From Klebsormidium nitens (lineage: Eukaryota; Plantae; Klebsormidiophyceae), in contig DF237383.1 in assembly GCA_000708835.1 (NCBI GenBank), forward strand, positions 1 to 64,000: a stretch of DNA of 64,000 bases, written 5' to 3'. A program made the position numbers and the translations under genes. Shown here in pieces: positions 25,001 through 36,891 of the stretch. Below the pieces are notes generated by a model. It did no database searches. It worked only from the letters and a program-made list of their open reading frames with translations, and was not told where the DNA came from. Position 1 is the stretch's first letter. Each line of letters opens with the position of its first letter.

Positions 25001-28000
25001 CTCGTCTACCAGGAGCGTCTTCTCACCGACCTCCAGTGCCTCGATGATGTTGGTCGCCTGCCAGGAGAACATAAGCGATGCTAGACGGATAAGGGATGGA
25101 CGGAAAGGGAAAATGTAATCCTGTCTGCATGTGCCTTCGTCCACTAGGGGCGTCTCCGGACCGACCTCCAGCGCCTCGATGACATTCGTCGCCTGGCGAG
25201 AGACCATAGGCGATGGATAGAGGCATAAGACATGGGCAGCTGGGAAGCCAAATTGGCTGCGCATGAGTTTCCGCTCCACCAGGACCGTCTTTACAACGAC
25301 CTTCAGCCCTACCCCCTCGATGTTGTTCGTCGCGGACTCGAAAGGGGTGAGCAGAAGCAACTGCTGCTAAAGTTGCCCGTGTCCTTGTGTGGACCCCAAA
25401 CCGAGTGAATAGGAAAGCATAGAAAGTCATTTCTTTGAACCTTGAGCCACGAAAAGAGTTGAGCATAGCATCCTATCCTGCGCACCTGGCTAGTGCTCCC
25501 GCTCGCGTCCGGCGTCCGAAAGCACGTCGTGTCGCGTCCGAAGGGCAGGTTCGAAATGAACGGCGAGATATCCACGCCCTCCACGTGGCGCCCATCCTCT
25601 GCGCGCACCTTGACAGCCGTCGGATCGGTCGCCACCAGCTCCCGCCCGTCGCCCGGGATGTGGTTATATACGCCGGCCTCAATCGCCTGCGACGTTTTGT
25701 GGGTTTCAGAGTGACGAAATGCAAGTTCAGGAGTGCGTTAGTAGGGTTCGCCCGGCGCATTACCACGCGCTTCGATCGCCCACAATCTAGCGTGAGGTTT
25801 GAGGTTTGAGGTTTCCTTAGTAGGGTTCGAGCCTGTTGATCGGAAGGTGGTTACATACGTCTGCCTCGATCGCGTTTAGCGCGAGAAACAGTGGGCCTTA
25901 GAGTGCGTTCGCGAGATTCGTCCGTTGGCCGGAACGTGCTCGTTCACCGAGCTTCATTCGCCTGCGTTTGACAACAGTCGGTTAAGCTACCGCTTGCAGT
26001 GTTTGTTCGACTACGAGAGCGGTTGTCGCAATTCCAGAGCGGTCGTAAACCCTTTGCGAAGGAGTCTGTGTCTCATGAGACTTGCGAAGGGAAGTCTGTT
26101 TCGCCCGCTGGTCCCTCAATTCTGACGGCGGCCCTTGCATCAAAGCCCTCAGCTACAAAATAGAGAAAGAATGACACGGAACAACGAAAAATCATTAATA
26201 TAGGAACAGAGAGGACAAGCAAAGGAAAGGACGCATCCAACACGGGCGGAGAGTCACCTCCAGCAGCGTCGACTTCCCGTGGAAGCCTCCGCCCACGATC
26301 AAAGTGACCCCCTTCTTGATCGCCATCCCCGTAATTGGCCCCCTGTTAGGCAGGGTAAATTTCATGGCTAGGCTTGGGGGCGACTTGAAAGGGATTGCCT
26401 CTCGGGCGTCCATCGGCTCCTCGGAGTCCCCACTTTTGCGGGGGAGGATCGATCCGTCGCCCACGAAAGCGACGAACCCGCCGCGAGCAAGGCCCTGCAC
26501 AAGTAGAGAGTACGGCTTTCAGTCCATCCTTCTGCATATCTCCTACGCTCCAGATCTTACGATCGAGATTAACGAGTGTCTAGAACTTGTGGTTGTAACA
26601 CCAGATTTCGGGTCCGACATGCTGAATACAAAGCGCGATCAACCATGAAGTGCGTTGACAGCCGAGACACAGGCCCATCGGCTATTTGGATCGGCAAAGA
26701 AGGGGCTTGAGGATTGGCTATCTTCGAAATCAGGCAGCTTTTGTAATTCTTTCCTCTTTGCTGAGCTGTTCCTCCCCTCGCGTTTCTGAACGGTTGTGAC
26801 GTCCACTGCAGATTGAGTAAGACAAAAGCGGACCTAATACCAACCACGATTACACTGCAATGTATGAAATGCGCAAAAAAGAACCGTGTAGAAAAGACAA
26901 GCTGGACATACGACGGTAAGTTAGTCCCTGCGTCGCTCTCTCACCACATTTTTCAGGCAGATGGCCAATCAGATTCGCCCGTTCGCAAGAGAACGGCCTT
27001 GGTTTCAAAGCTAAAATGATGATGTTTTCCGTCAATCCGTAACTCACCTGTCTCAGCGTTTCGGTGTCTTCGACTGTCTCCACGTGTCGCCTCAGCCCCG
27101 CCTCATCCTGCCGGTCCATGAACAGGGCCTCCCGCACAAACCTGAGGAAACGTCAGTCCAGAGTCAGGGTGACGTCATCAACGCGAGCTCCGTGCTTTGG
27201 CCTCCGTCTAAACGGCTGGCCCCTTCACTGATCCCGCTTGTTCTTATTTCGTCTTGTCGCATGAACAAACATGATTCCTTCCTGGAGAATCGGCGACCAT
27301 CGAATTTTGAATCAGGATGATGTCCCACTATGAGTAACAGCAATCCCGCGCCGCTATTCCCCTCAAGAAAACTGCAGCTCTCCCGTCTGGCCACCGGGCT
27401 TGTAATCAACCCATTTGGTGAGGATCTTTTGCAGCCTATATCAATTGTGATTTACACTAGTTAGTCCTACAAGACTCTGAAGCTCAACCTTTGTCCTGAG
27501 GTACGTCTTGGAAAAGCAAACTCTCGTCATATTCCCTAAAAACGAGCTCACTTTGGCAATTGCTGAGTCAGCACCTGGGCCGCCCACTGCCCGAGGACCG
27601 TCCGGCCTTGCGCCGGAAGCGCAACCGTGAAGCGCGCCTCGACGTTCTGAGGATTGATGAGAATACTCGTGCGCTCCAAAACCTGGTGGCATGAGAGTAG
27701 AGCCGTCGAAATCTAGAATTTTGCGATGTAAGAGTCTGGGGGTCTTTGTAGAAGCTAGAAATTCAGAGTGGTAATTGTCAGATAGTCAAAGAAGGAAAAC
27801 GGCCATTTTCTCGCCAAAGGACTACAAAAGTGATTGCCAGATTGAAACGGTTGTCGACCAGACATCTTCCTTTTGGAAAGTGAACGTGAAGGACCTGAAA
27901 CTCGCATGTTCGTTTTCATGCGAACATGCGACTTTCAGGTCTCATGTTCATATGTTCGCACCACATTTGTGTGGATGAAACAAGGAAATATTAGCCCAAC

Positions 28001-28984
28001 CTTTTGTCCAGGAACATCGATGGCCATCTCGCCTCCCTTTGCGGCTCCCCAGCCGCCACCGCTCTGCTTCCTGATGTCAGCGCCGGCGTCGCTGACAACG
28101 GCGGAGAAGTTGCGGGTGAGGTAGTCGCAGAGAGCAATGTTGCGGATGCGAGTGGAGAAGAGTTCAGGGGGGAAACGGGCAAGGGCCTGCTTAACCTGGA
28201 AACGAGAATGGGCGCATCTTCAGATTGGTCTGGTACTTTTCCTCGTGCAAGCAAGTCAGAGATGCATTCATGCTGAGAATGTCTCCGATTTAAACTTGGT
28301 GACTGGGACTTTGTAACGCTAACAAACTTGTGAATATTGCACTGGTCTTGGCGTGAGTGGCAGTTCAAACCCGACCATGGTACAGGGGAGTCAAACGGCA
28401 ACTTTGAAATGGTGGAACACTGGACGCCCAAAGTCTTCTACGTTCAGGGACAGAGAAGTGCTCGATGACTTGTGTGAAGGTGTAAACGACCGACTCACTT
28501 GAACGCGGCATCTCGAAGGGCCTGCAAAGGGGTCCGCCTGCGCATGGTCTACAAGCAGCGTAAACTCTGGAAATTCCCACCGCCCCACTATGTCCTTATA
28601 AGCGCCGTAGCCCTTCCCGTCAATCCTCTGCAGAGTCTGCATTAAATCTGCTACACTCCCCGACGCATTCCCTTGGTAGCTGCCGCTCCGCTCTTCCCAC
28701 CCCCCAGCATTGTCAGTCTGACTCTGACCCCCAATATAGTCTGCCGCCCCCTCATCGCTGCGCCCTCTCCCCCGTCCACGTCCTCCCCCATATTTGGCCT
28801 TGTAATACGCCCCCCTCCCCGACATTGACATGGTGCGAATAACTGTCAGCCACCGCCTGTCTGATGAAAAGGGTGGTGTGAACAGGGGTGTCGCTGGGAA
28901 CCTTTTGTGTGGGAGCCTGTGGACCAAGTGGAAGGCAGGTGAGAATGCTGATGTCCTGCGGCAGGTTGCCAATGCTGCTTGCAT
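22038..28984 (-). CDS. ABC-class ATPase (PF09818 ABC_ATPase / MRB1590-like), 12 exons (28984-28499, 28195-28001, 27682-27552, 27141-27048, 26494-26258, 25686-25486, 24687-24538, 23932-23890, 23612-23557, 23275-23039, 22692-22623, 22210-22038), 690 aa
   Basis: All junctions are GT-AG and in phase. Motifs: LQRIDGKGYGAYKD, VDHAQADPFAGPSR, Walker A GGGFHGKST, ASGSTSQA, Walker B LLVDEDTCATNFMIRD, MGGSGDYFDVAD, FEIAAALNRLR. The N-terminus is transit-peptide-like and followed by an RG-rich stretch. Confidence 0.92.
24688..25345 (-). repeat. Tandem array of five degenerate copies of intron-6 3' end plus exon-7 start (105-141-bp period)
   Basis: Exon-start copies begin at ~24817, ~24922, 25057, 25192 and ~25333, against the functional start at 24687. 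They encode ATNFFEALEVGAKTLLVDDDTC, ATNIIEALEVGEKTLLVDEI, ATNVIEALEVGPETPLVDEGTC and others. Confidence 0.93.
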
Positions 28985-29466
28985 AAAGCGCAAAGGATAG
29001 CAGGGTGGATCCAAGGGGGGCAACTAATAGACGATGCCGTAAGTATCGCCTAAAAGATTGCAGAGAAAGAGTGATCCGGCCCCTCAGTGCTCACAAGCTC
29101 AGACGAGCACCTAAAACTCCAATCTGCCCGCCTTTCTTCCACTGCCAGAGCTCTGCACAGTTCTGCATTGAGTGGAACGTGGATCAGCACTCTGCAAAAG
29201 ATAAGTTGGGTTGGTTGTAACCATGTGATCTTATATAGGGGTACGTTTTTTAACCCAAGTTTACCAGACTACCCGGAGGTCATCCGCCTTACAAGTTACA
29301 TAACCCACTGCTGTTCCAAACTTGGTCAAGATTTTGTCGAGCTGCACAAAACCCCTTCAGGAGTTCGAAATGCATCTGCCAGTGGCAGTGGTGTTGTTGA
29401 CATCAACGTGAACGAACAGCGCCTGCAGGAAGGTTGGAGGATGCTGCATTTCCTCTAGAAGCAGTC

Positions 29467-32400
29467 ATGGCGTTGGCAAGAGCCGCTGATGTGAGTTGCA
29501 GGGTCCAATGCAGCAATTGTCACAGCTTTTCGAGGACCAGAGAGGACGTCTCTTCTTCATTGTCTCGGAAGGCACCCGCGTTGCAAACACGTCGTCCGAC
29601 AGGAGGCTTTGCAAAAGAAAAGTGGAATTGTCGACAAAGATGTTTCGGAAACTTCCAAGTGCTCAACGCAGGATCATCGACTCTGGGGTTGAGTGCACTT
29701 TTGAGACGTCTTGAAGGAACAAGCAACGGAAGGTTGCCTAGAGGAAGGTCGAGCAGACGGCTTGTGAAGGTTCAATGCAGTGGCGGGAAGGAAGAGGAAA
29801 AAAAGACAAATGTGGAAGACAATGGTGGGAAAGGGGTGGCGACAATCACTGAAGAGAAAGAACCAAAGGCGGTGAGTTGCCCTTTTACTCAAACTGTAGA
29901 ATGATGTATGGTCATTCTCGGATTATGAGAACTCTATGACATATTAGAGGTACATGCCAACAAGATTGTGATGCTCGGTGTGTGCAGTACGTACATAATC
30001 CTTGAAGGTAGTGGCTTGTGCTGGCTGAGGCTCCACTCCAAAAGTCTCCCCTTATATCGATGCTCTTGCATCAGTCGCTGGTCATGGGTTCATTCTTTTT
30101 GACTTTCAAGGATGTAGTTCGCCTTCCTACTATATCGCTCTCGGTATTCCCATTCTGTGGGTGCCAATCGCCCCTTCCAGGATCAACTTTCATACGGACA
30201 GAAGATCTCAAGCAACAACTCTCAGTGCAGCAGAGCTAGAAAGAATTGCCAAATGCACATTTGGCTCAATTTCATTCCCCAGGACGAGAAGAGCAGCGCC
30301 ACCGATTCAAGCCTACAAACAGACGCAAGCAAGGAGAGTAAAGCGAGCAAGGAGGCCACGACCACTAGTGATGCTGAAAAGGGCAAAGAGAAGGAGCCGC
30401 TCTCTTTGCAAGATGCGATTCGGCTGGACGCGTTCAACGTCTTAGAGCTGCTGGGGCCAGAGAAGGTGTATCCAAAGGATGTCAAGCTGCTCAAAGAAAA
30501 GGTTAGTGTCTCTTGATACATAGAGTGACCTTGTCAAGCTGCCGGGAAAAGTAGTGTCAATCATCTCAGAGAGAGGGAGATATGCGTCCATATGAGTCGG
30601 ACAGGTGATGGCAAGGTGTGTTTGTCAATTCAGGATCCACTTACGCTGGTCTTAGTATGGTCCTCATGGAATTGAATCAACCCCTGGAGCATTTGTGATC
30701 AGGCTACGGCCTGATGATGTCCAATCTATCGAACCTATACTTCCAGTTTTCCTGCATCGTGCAGGCGTCCACGATTTCTTGAATCGTCTTTATGCTTCAT
30801 CCAATCCTTGCATCAATCTCAGAACCATGTCTAAGACCCTCAGTCCTGCTGTAATTTTGCTGACGGCTTGAAGGATTCCCCTCTCAGGTCTTTGGTTACA
30901 CCACCTTTTGGGTGACCAAGACGGAACCGACCGGCGAATTTGGCGAAGGAACCGTCTTCATTGGAAACCTGCGCGGAGAAAGGAGCCAGGTGTATGCGAA
31001 GCTGAGGGCGGGGGTGCAAGAACTGTTTGGTTCCGAGAAGTACGATCTGTTTATGGTCGAAGAGGAGGACGCAGAGGGGGAGGATGCGAGGGGAGGGCCG
31101 CGCGTCAGCTTCAAGTTGTTCCGAAAGGAGGTGAGGGCAACCCGGACGGAGGGCTGACACCTGAGGACTCCGGATTTTGTTTGGAGTTGTGGTTCCTCGC
31201 ACAATTTCTTCGACTTGTAGAAGAAGGATGAGTGGTGTGTACGAACATGAAGGACAGAGGCAGTAGCACAACACTTGAGATCTGCTCAAGTGCTAGTAGC
31301 GTTCCGAAAAGTTGTATACTACAATCGGGTTTTGCTAATATGTGTAACTCGAAGGTCGGAAACGACAGGCAGACTTTTAAGGGGTGGGTTCCACTCATGG
31401 CGACTGGCAGCTGGGCTCGTATTCACGAGACCGGAAGCTGTCAGGACCTGTGAAACTCCGCTTCTGCCGCATCACCAGACAAGCGAGCCTTGCCAGCCAA
31501 AAAGCACATTTCTAATCACGAGTGCATTCACACCGCGTAGGTCAACGCGCCTGCCCCTACCAGCGTTTGGCAGTACCTTGTGGCGGCGGTGTTGCTTATT
31601 CTGACGGGGGGGGCGTGCTTAGAGGTTGGGTTGGCCAGCCAGGTAAGCCTCTTTCTCGCAAAGATGCCCCGTTGCTAGTTTCCTTCTGTCGCTAATGGAT
31701 GTTGACCATATGGTCGTGTTCAAAACCAAACTCTTTGAGCAACTTCAGCTTTGCTGTGTCAAACTTGAAAGTCAGCTTCGACTCCCTGAAAGACTTGAAA
31801 TATGTTGTTTGAACACCGTCATTCCGTCAAAACCTATCGCTGCACCGACGCTTGTGAACAGTCGCTGAGGAGATTTCAAGGCGTCACATGCGTATGCTTC
31901 TTGAACGAAAGGTCGGCACGCTCGGCATGGACGCCGCAGACACCCCCGCGATCCTCAGCAGAGCACGCAAAGCGCTGACTTTCGCAGATATTCTCGATAT
32001 CATGTCCAGCAGAGCCTTTCCGCTAAACATCGCGTTTAGGGACAGTAACGAAATTTGAAACCTAAACCGTAAATCGTATGTTTCATGCCCGTATCCACCC
32101 TAAACCTCAAACCGGCCCTACCCTTTCCCCTGGCAGTTCGGTTTATCGAGATAGCCTCTTGTCAACGTTAATCCGAGAGAAATACTTTTGCAGGTGTCCC
32201 GGCTACCGCCCGAGGTCGTTGCTTACTTTTCCAACCCGGACGTCGATGTCGGCAACCCCCCGGAGTTGGAGCAACTGCTGCCCTTCGTGGAGTCGGCCCT
32301 CCCGCTTGCGTACGGCGTCTTTGGAGTGCAAGCCTTCCACGTGAGCACCGTTCTCTCGGCCCTTTCCAAGCAGCACGTTTAATGGGAAGCAGCTAAGAAG

Positions 32401-35400
32401 ATGACTCTGGTGTGGAAGGCGTGGCTGCAGGCAAAGTTGGAAACTCTTAGAACACCTGCTGTGCCGTATCTGATGGAGTGGTTTTATCCAGAGGATTTTG
32501 GATCAAAGCCCCGGTTAATGATCACAAACCTTGTTTCACAGCGACAGCGGGGGGCTTTGATTATAGCCTTTGCGCAAGCTTGCCAACAAGTCCGGCGTGA
32601 TATGACGTCTATTCGTCAATTGTGGCTTTCCTATGCTAGCCCCTGCCTGTCTGCAATCCTGAGAGGTCTGAGCTCCCTAAACCATCTGCCGATGGGGCTG
32701 CAGACGTTGTAGTGATACAATCCCCCTCACATGAATCGATCCCTTGAACTACTTCCAGAACGCCCCTGGGAACTTTTTCAGCAGTTTCCCCGCCGGAGCC
32801 CCTTGAAAATGCAAAATCATAGCTCGTTTCGAGTACTCTTAAAACACTAGAACAACAACCGGAAGTAACACGATCTTCCATTCCGCAGGAGGTCGGCCAT
32901 TGGCTAGCGGCGTCAGCCAAGAAGGTCAAGCTCAGCATTCCCTTCCTGATACCCAGCCCCACGCTCGGCAGCTTTGGCGCCGTCACGCAGGCAAGTGGAT
33001 CAACCGCAATGCTTTTGGCGGAAGCTGTTCCTTCACGTTTCGATGTCCCCTTTCGTATTCTCTTCGCTGGGGAGCCCCATACGACCGGCGTCCTTATGTC
33101 ATGCACTGACGGCTTATTGCAGACACCGTGTGGACACCTCTGCTTTCAATGTTGTTCCGCTTCCGACTTGCCCTGCAATGGCCTGGGGGGCCTGCATGCT
33201 ATCTTATTGCACATTCGGTCAAACCTGGCCGCCTGACCCGAGTCCGATTCCAGCCGATCGCAGAAAACTTGAAAAGCGCAAAACTTGAACCCTTCGATCA
33301 CCGGGATGCTACGATCGAACGGCCCAAGGTTCTGCCGGTTCGACCGAATTGTGCAATCGGTTCCGATCGAACTTCGGTCAGGCGGCCAGGTTTGACCGAA
33401 TGTGCAATAGCTGACCATTTTGGAAAGTTCCCAACTTTGCCATCCCCATTAGCTTTCTCATCCGGATGCATCAGTGCGTGTCAGGTACGACGAGCACACT
33501 TAACTCCGAAGTGGACGAAAAGAGTACAGCAGTTCTGCATTTCCAGATTATATTGTCGACCCGAACCACGGCCCTGCGCATTGCCCGAAAAGATTTGACG
33601 AGACGGACACAAAGAGGCATGACTTTGCACCGCCAGTTTCGATTTCGTAATGTACGCGTTGGATCACGTTGATTTCCACGGCCTCAAGTGCTAGTTTCTT
33701 AAACGACACCCCAAAAGGGACGTCGCAAAGTGTCTGGATCCAAACCGAGAGGAAAAGTTAAGGCGAATTGAACGTTCCCTCTCTCGCACTTCGAGTCCTA
33801 AGTGCCGTCGAAATGCTGCCGGTATAAAGCAAACGGAAAGAAAAGCTTACCCACTTCTACTCCCTCGCGCAGTTCAAGTCCCTCGTTCCTGACCGGACGT
33901 CCAAGTTCGACATTGCGGTGTCCGGTCCTCTGGCGGGCGCCCTCTTCTCCCTTTCCCTGGTCGCTCTCGGCCTGACGCTCTCCGATCCGGCCAGCCCCGA
34001 CCTGGTGCAAGTTCCCGCGCAGCTCTTTGAGGGGTCGCTTCTGCTCGGGCTCATCTCCCGGGCGGCCCTCGGGTTCGAGTGAGTCTGATGCGCACCGACG
34101 TCCTTGCCGCTATGGTTGCTGGTTCGAGATCGCGAAGTGTTGAGCTTCGACCCAGGGACCTAGGAGGATCTGGTGCAATGCTTGGCGAGGGATCCCCTTC
34201 TTCTCGAGCCTGTGCCCCCAGCACTTTGTTGCTTTTCCGCAATTCGAAGGTTCGCTGCTAACCGGGCTCAATACTTGGGCTGTCAATCTGGATCACGGTC
34301 TGCGGCGACTGGTTTTGCTTCATGTCCGCGACACTGTGCTCAGAACGGGGGCAAATCTTTGAGGAGTCGCACGGGACGGCAGAGGCGCGAGCTAGAGGCA
34401 CCACAAGCAACTGCTTCGGACGTTTGTCGAACCGCTTGTGCACATCTCTCTTGTTCGTTTCAACGCTGCATTTGGCCCGCACACAAACTCACGAAACAAG
34501 TCACTTGCTGCTCGTTTCATCGTCAAACTGGTTCTGTCGATAAAGCTGGTGCGGCTTTTCACACCCGTCGCTCTGCCCTGCAGAGCAATGCACCGGGCGA
34601 ACGTGTCAATACACCCGCTCGTGATTGCCGGCTGGTGTGGTTTCACCACCCAAGTGTTCAATATGCTGCCGGCCGGACGGATAGACGGGGGTCGAGCTGT
34701 GCAGGTAAACGACCGAGCTACAAAGGTCCTATCTTCGCACACAAGGGTCTGTGCTTGGCATCAGTTGTGAACGGTCTGGTTGGGAAGTGTCTGAATGACT
34801 CAGGGACGCTGATGTTTGCCAGCGCTGCCAGAGGAGGTTGCATGGATGTGACCATTCTAAAGGGCCCTGCTCGTTTGCAAGGACGAGATCCCTATTTCTA
34901 CCCGCTATAGTCTTTTTTGTAATGCCCACCGCTTGCCCTGTCAGGGCAAGTCTGTATCGTCAAACCTGGGAAGAATGACGGGATAAAATCCCGTCTGAAC
35001 CACAGCGCGTGCTTTTCCGCAGGCGGCCTTTGGGAAAGGGACGCTTGCGGTAACTAGTGTGGTGACATACCTGCTGCTGGGGCTGGGGCTGTTGGGCGGG
35101 GACTTGGCGCTGTCGTTCGGGCTGTATATACTCATTGTACAGGTGAGAAGATGACCATGGTGGAAATGTGCTGTGCCAAAAATCTGTGCCAAAAATCTCC
35201 TGCATAGCATTGAAGTCCTTGTTCCAGGACTACGGAACGTTCTAGAGTTGCCCGGCCGAGCTATTGTGCATATGCGTAGGAGAGGGGAAGGAGATCGAGG
35301 AGTTTTGCGCATGTCTTCCGCATCTGCAAGAAAGAATGATTACTTTTGGTGGCCCTTTCCGACGGCGGTTGATCATTCGATAGAGCTGGTATTCTTGTCG

Positions 35401-35755
35401 TTCGACATAGCGTTCGACATGGCAGCTCGTGACTGCTCCGCAGCTTAGCTTGATTGTGTCTCAGCATGCGGGGCTCTGACTCTGGTTGCGACATCAGCAG
35501 ATACCTCCTGAAGCTTGAAGCCAAAGCTTTGGGACGGGTTGTGCAGATTGCTAGCTTTCCTTTCGCCGCTCATCTCATTTCACTCACATGCAGCGACGAG
35601 CGGAGAAGCCTTGCTTGGATGATGTAACAGACGTTGGAAAGGTACGACGAGGGCTCCATTTAGCCGCTCTAGCAGTGTGTCTCGTCACGTTGCTCCCGGT
35701 CTTCCCACAGATGGCAGAGGACCTCGGCATAGGTATCAATCACATGGTTATGTGA
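29467..35755 (+). CDS. EGY1: Chloroplast M50 zinc metalloprotease EGY1-like, 10 exons (29467-29871, 30283-30501, 30888-31130, 31541-31642, 32194-32340, 32889-32990, 33873-34078, 34584-34704, 35023-35142, 35594-35755), 608 aa
   Basis: Motifs ELLGPEKV..DVKLLKEKVFGYTTFWVTK, FIGNLRG, HEVGH (HExxH split by intron 5), HPLVIAGWCG and NMLPAGRIDGG (NxxPxxxxDG), plus a transit-peptide-like N-terminus. Intron 6 has a GC donor. Confidence 0.95.
33205..33409. mobile_element. 205-bp MITE with 34-bp perfect inverted repeats (probably TA TSD plus 32-bp TIR, Tc1/mariner-like) in EGY1 intron 6
   Basis: TATTGCACATTCGGTCAAACCTGGCCGCCTGACC (33205-33238) is the exact reverse complement of 33376-33409. Confidence 0.88.
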
Positions 35756-36891
35756 TAATTCCTGAGGTCAAGAGCCTCTATTCGAAACTGGCAGTACGCG
35801 GGTTGCGCCCATGTTGTTTCAGATTTGCAATTGCGGATGTGTTATGGTGAGGATTCCAAGCCTGCGGGCGTACATCGATGGGCCCCAACATTGAGCACAT
35901 GCATCCAACCGTTATGTTGATGGGGTTGAGTCAATACTAGTTGACTTAGAATAAGTAAGAGGGTTTCAGGGCAATCATGCAGAAAATTTCCGACTTGGAT
36001 GCCGCCCCGGGCCTACCGTACATCACTACCGTAAGATACTGGTAAGATTTGAGCATCATTCACAGCAGCTTGGACTTTTGTAAGGGCTGCACACGAGCTT
36101 GCCGACATGCAATTGACACATGGTATGCCTATGATTATCACATGTCAGGAATCCGAAGCTGGGCGGCAGCAAGTGACGATGCGTATAACTTATCGAATCA
36201 CTTAGCCGCGTGGATGCAATTAGTTTAGAGCTGCCGCCCATGTTGCTCGATCGAGATGACAATGATCTGGCCGCCGCCGCAGCTGGCAAAATTTACGTAC
36301 AAACTTTAAGCGTCTATATTTGTTTCAATGGCTTGATCATAATCAGTGCGCAGCTACCGTGTTATGAAATCTTGTATAAGACGCGACCATGCGTATATAA
36401 CATATAGCTAATGTGCATTGCATATACTATATCTTCAGAGCTGCAATTTGCATGGCGGCAGCGGCGTGGCGAACCCGCGCATTTGAGTCTGGGTTCTATT
36501 TTGATGGGTGCAGAACCTTTCTAAACCTGTCAACCGAATCGATCTCGTGTATTGTCAAAGCGAGCCATGGGTACGGGGCCCCAATGAGGTTTCAAGGAGT
36601 AAGCGCATTGTTTCAAAAAACTGCTTTGGTCATGAGGCTTCGTCCTGACAACATGCCAAGGGTTGGAAGAACAGTTCAACCGTTCACTTGACATCAAAGT
36701 GAAACGCTTTCTCAAGGGGCAAGTATACAAGGCAGCTGGATTGCCACCAGAACATGTAGGATACATTGAACAATGTCAAGGCAACCAAACCTAACCAGGG
36801 TTCTGGAAGATTACAAGGCTTGAACGATCCTAAATTAGCTGGAAGGCTGAGAATAGCCCCGTGACAGATCGATACTTCCAACGAAACGTTT

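Noticed and set aside
24688-25345. CRISPR-like repeat-spacer array
   Set aside because: Units are 105-141 bp, derive wholly from the host intron/exon junction, have no unique spacers, and no cas genes are present in this eukaryotic context.
24821-25360. 179-aa ORF as a separate ATPase gene
   Set aside because: It is read-through of the 135-bp repeat units inside intron 6 and lacks Walker A.
34173-34910. 245-aa plus-strand ORF
   Set aside because: Lies across EGY1 intron 7, exon 8 and intron 8 in a different frame, with no domain.
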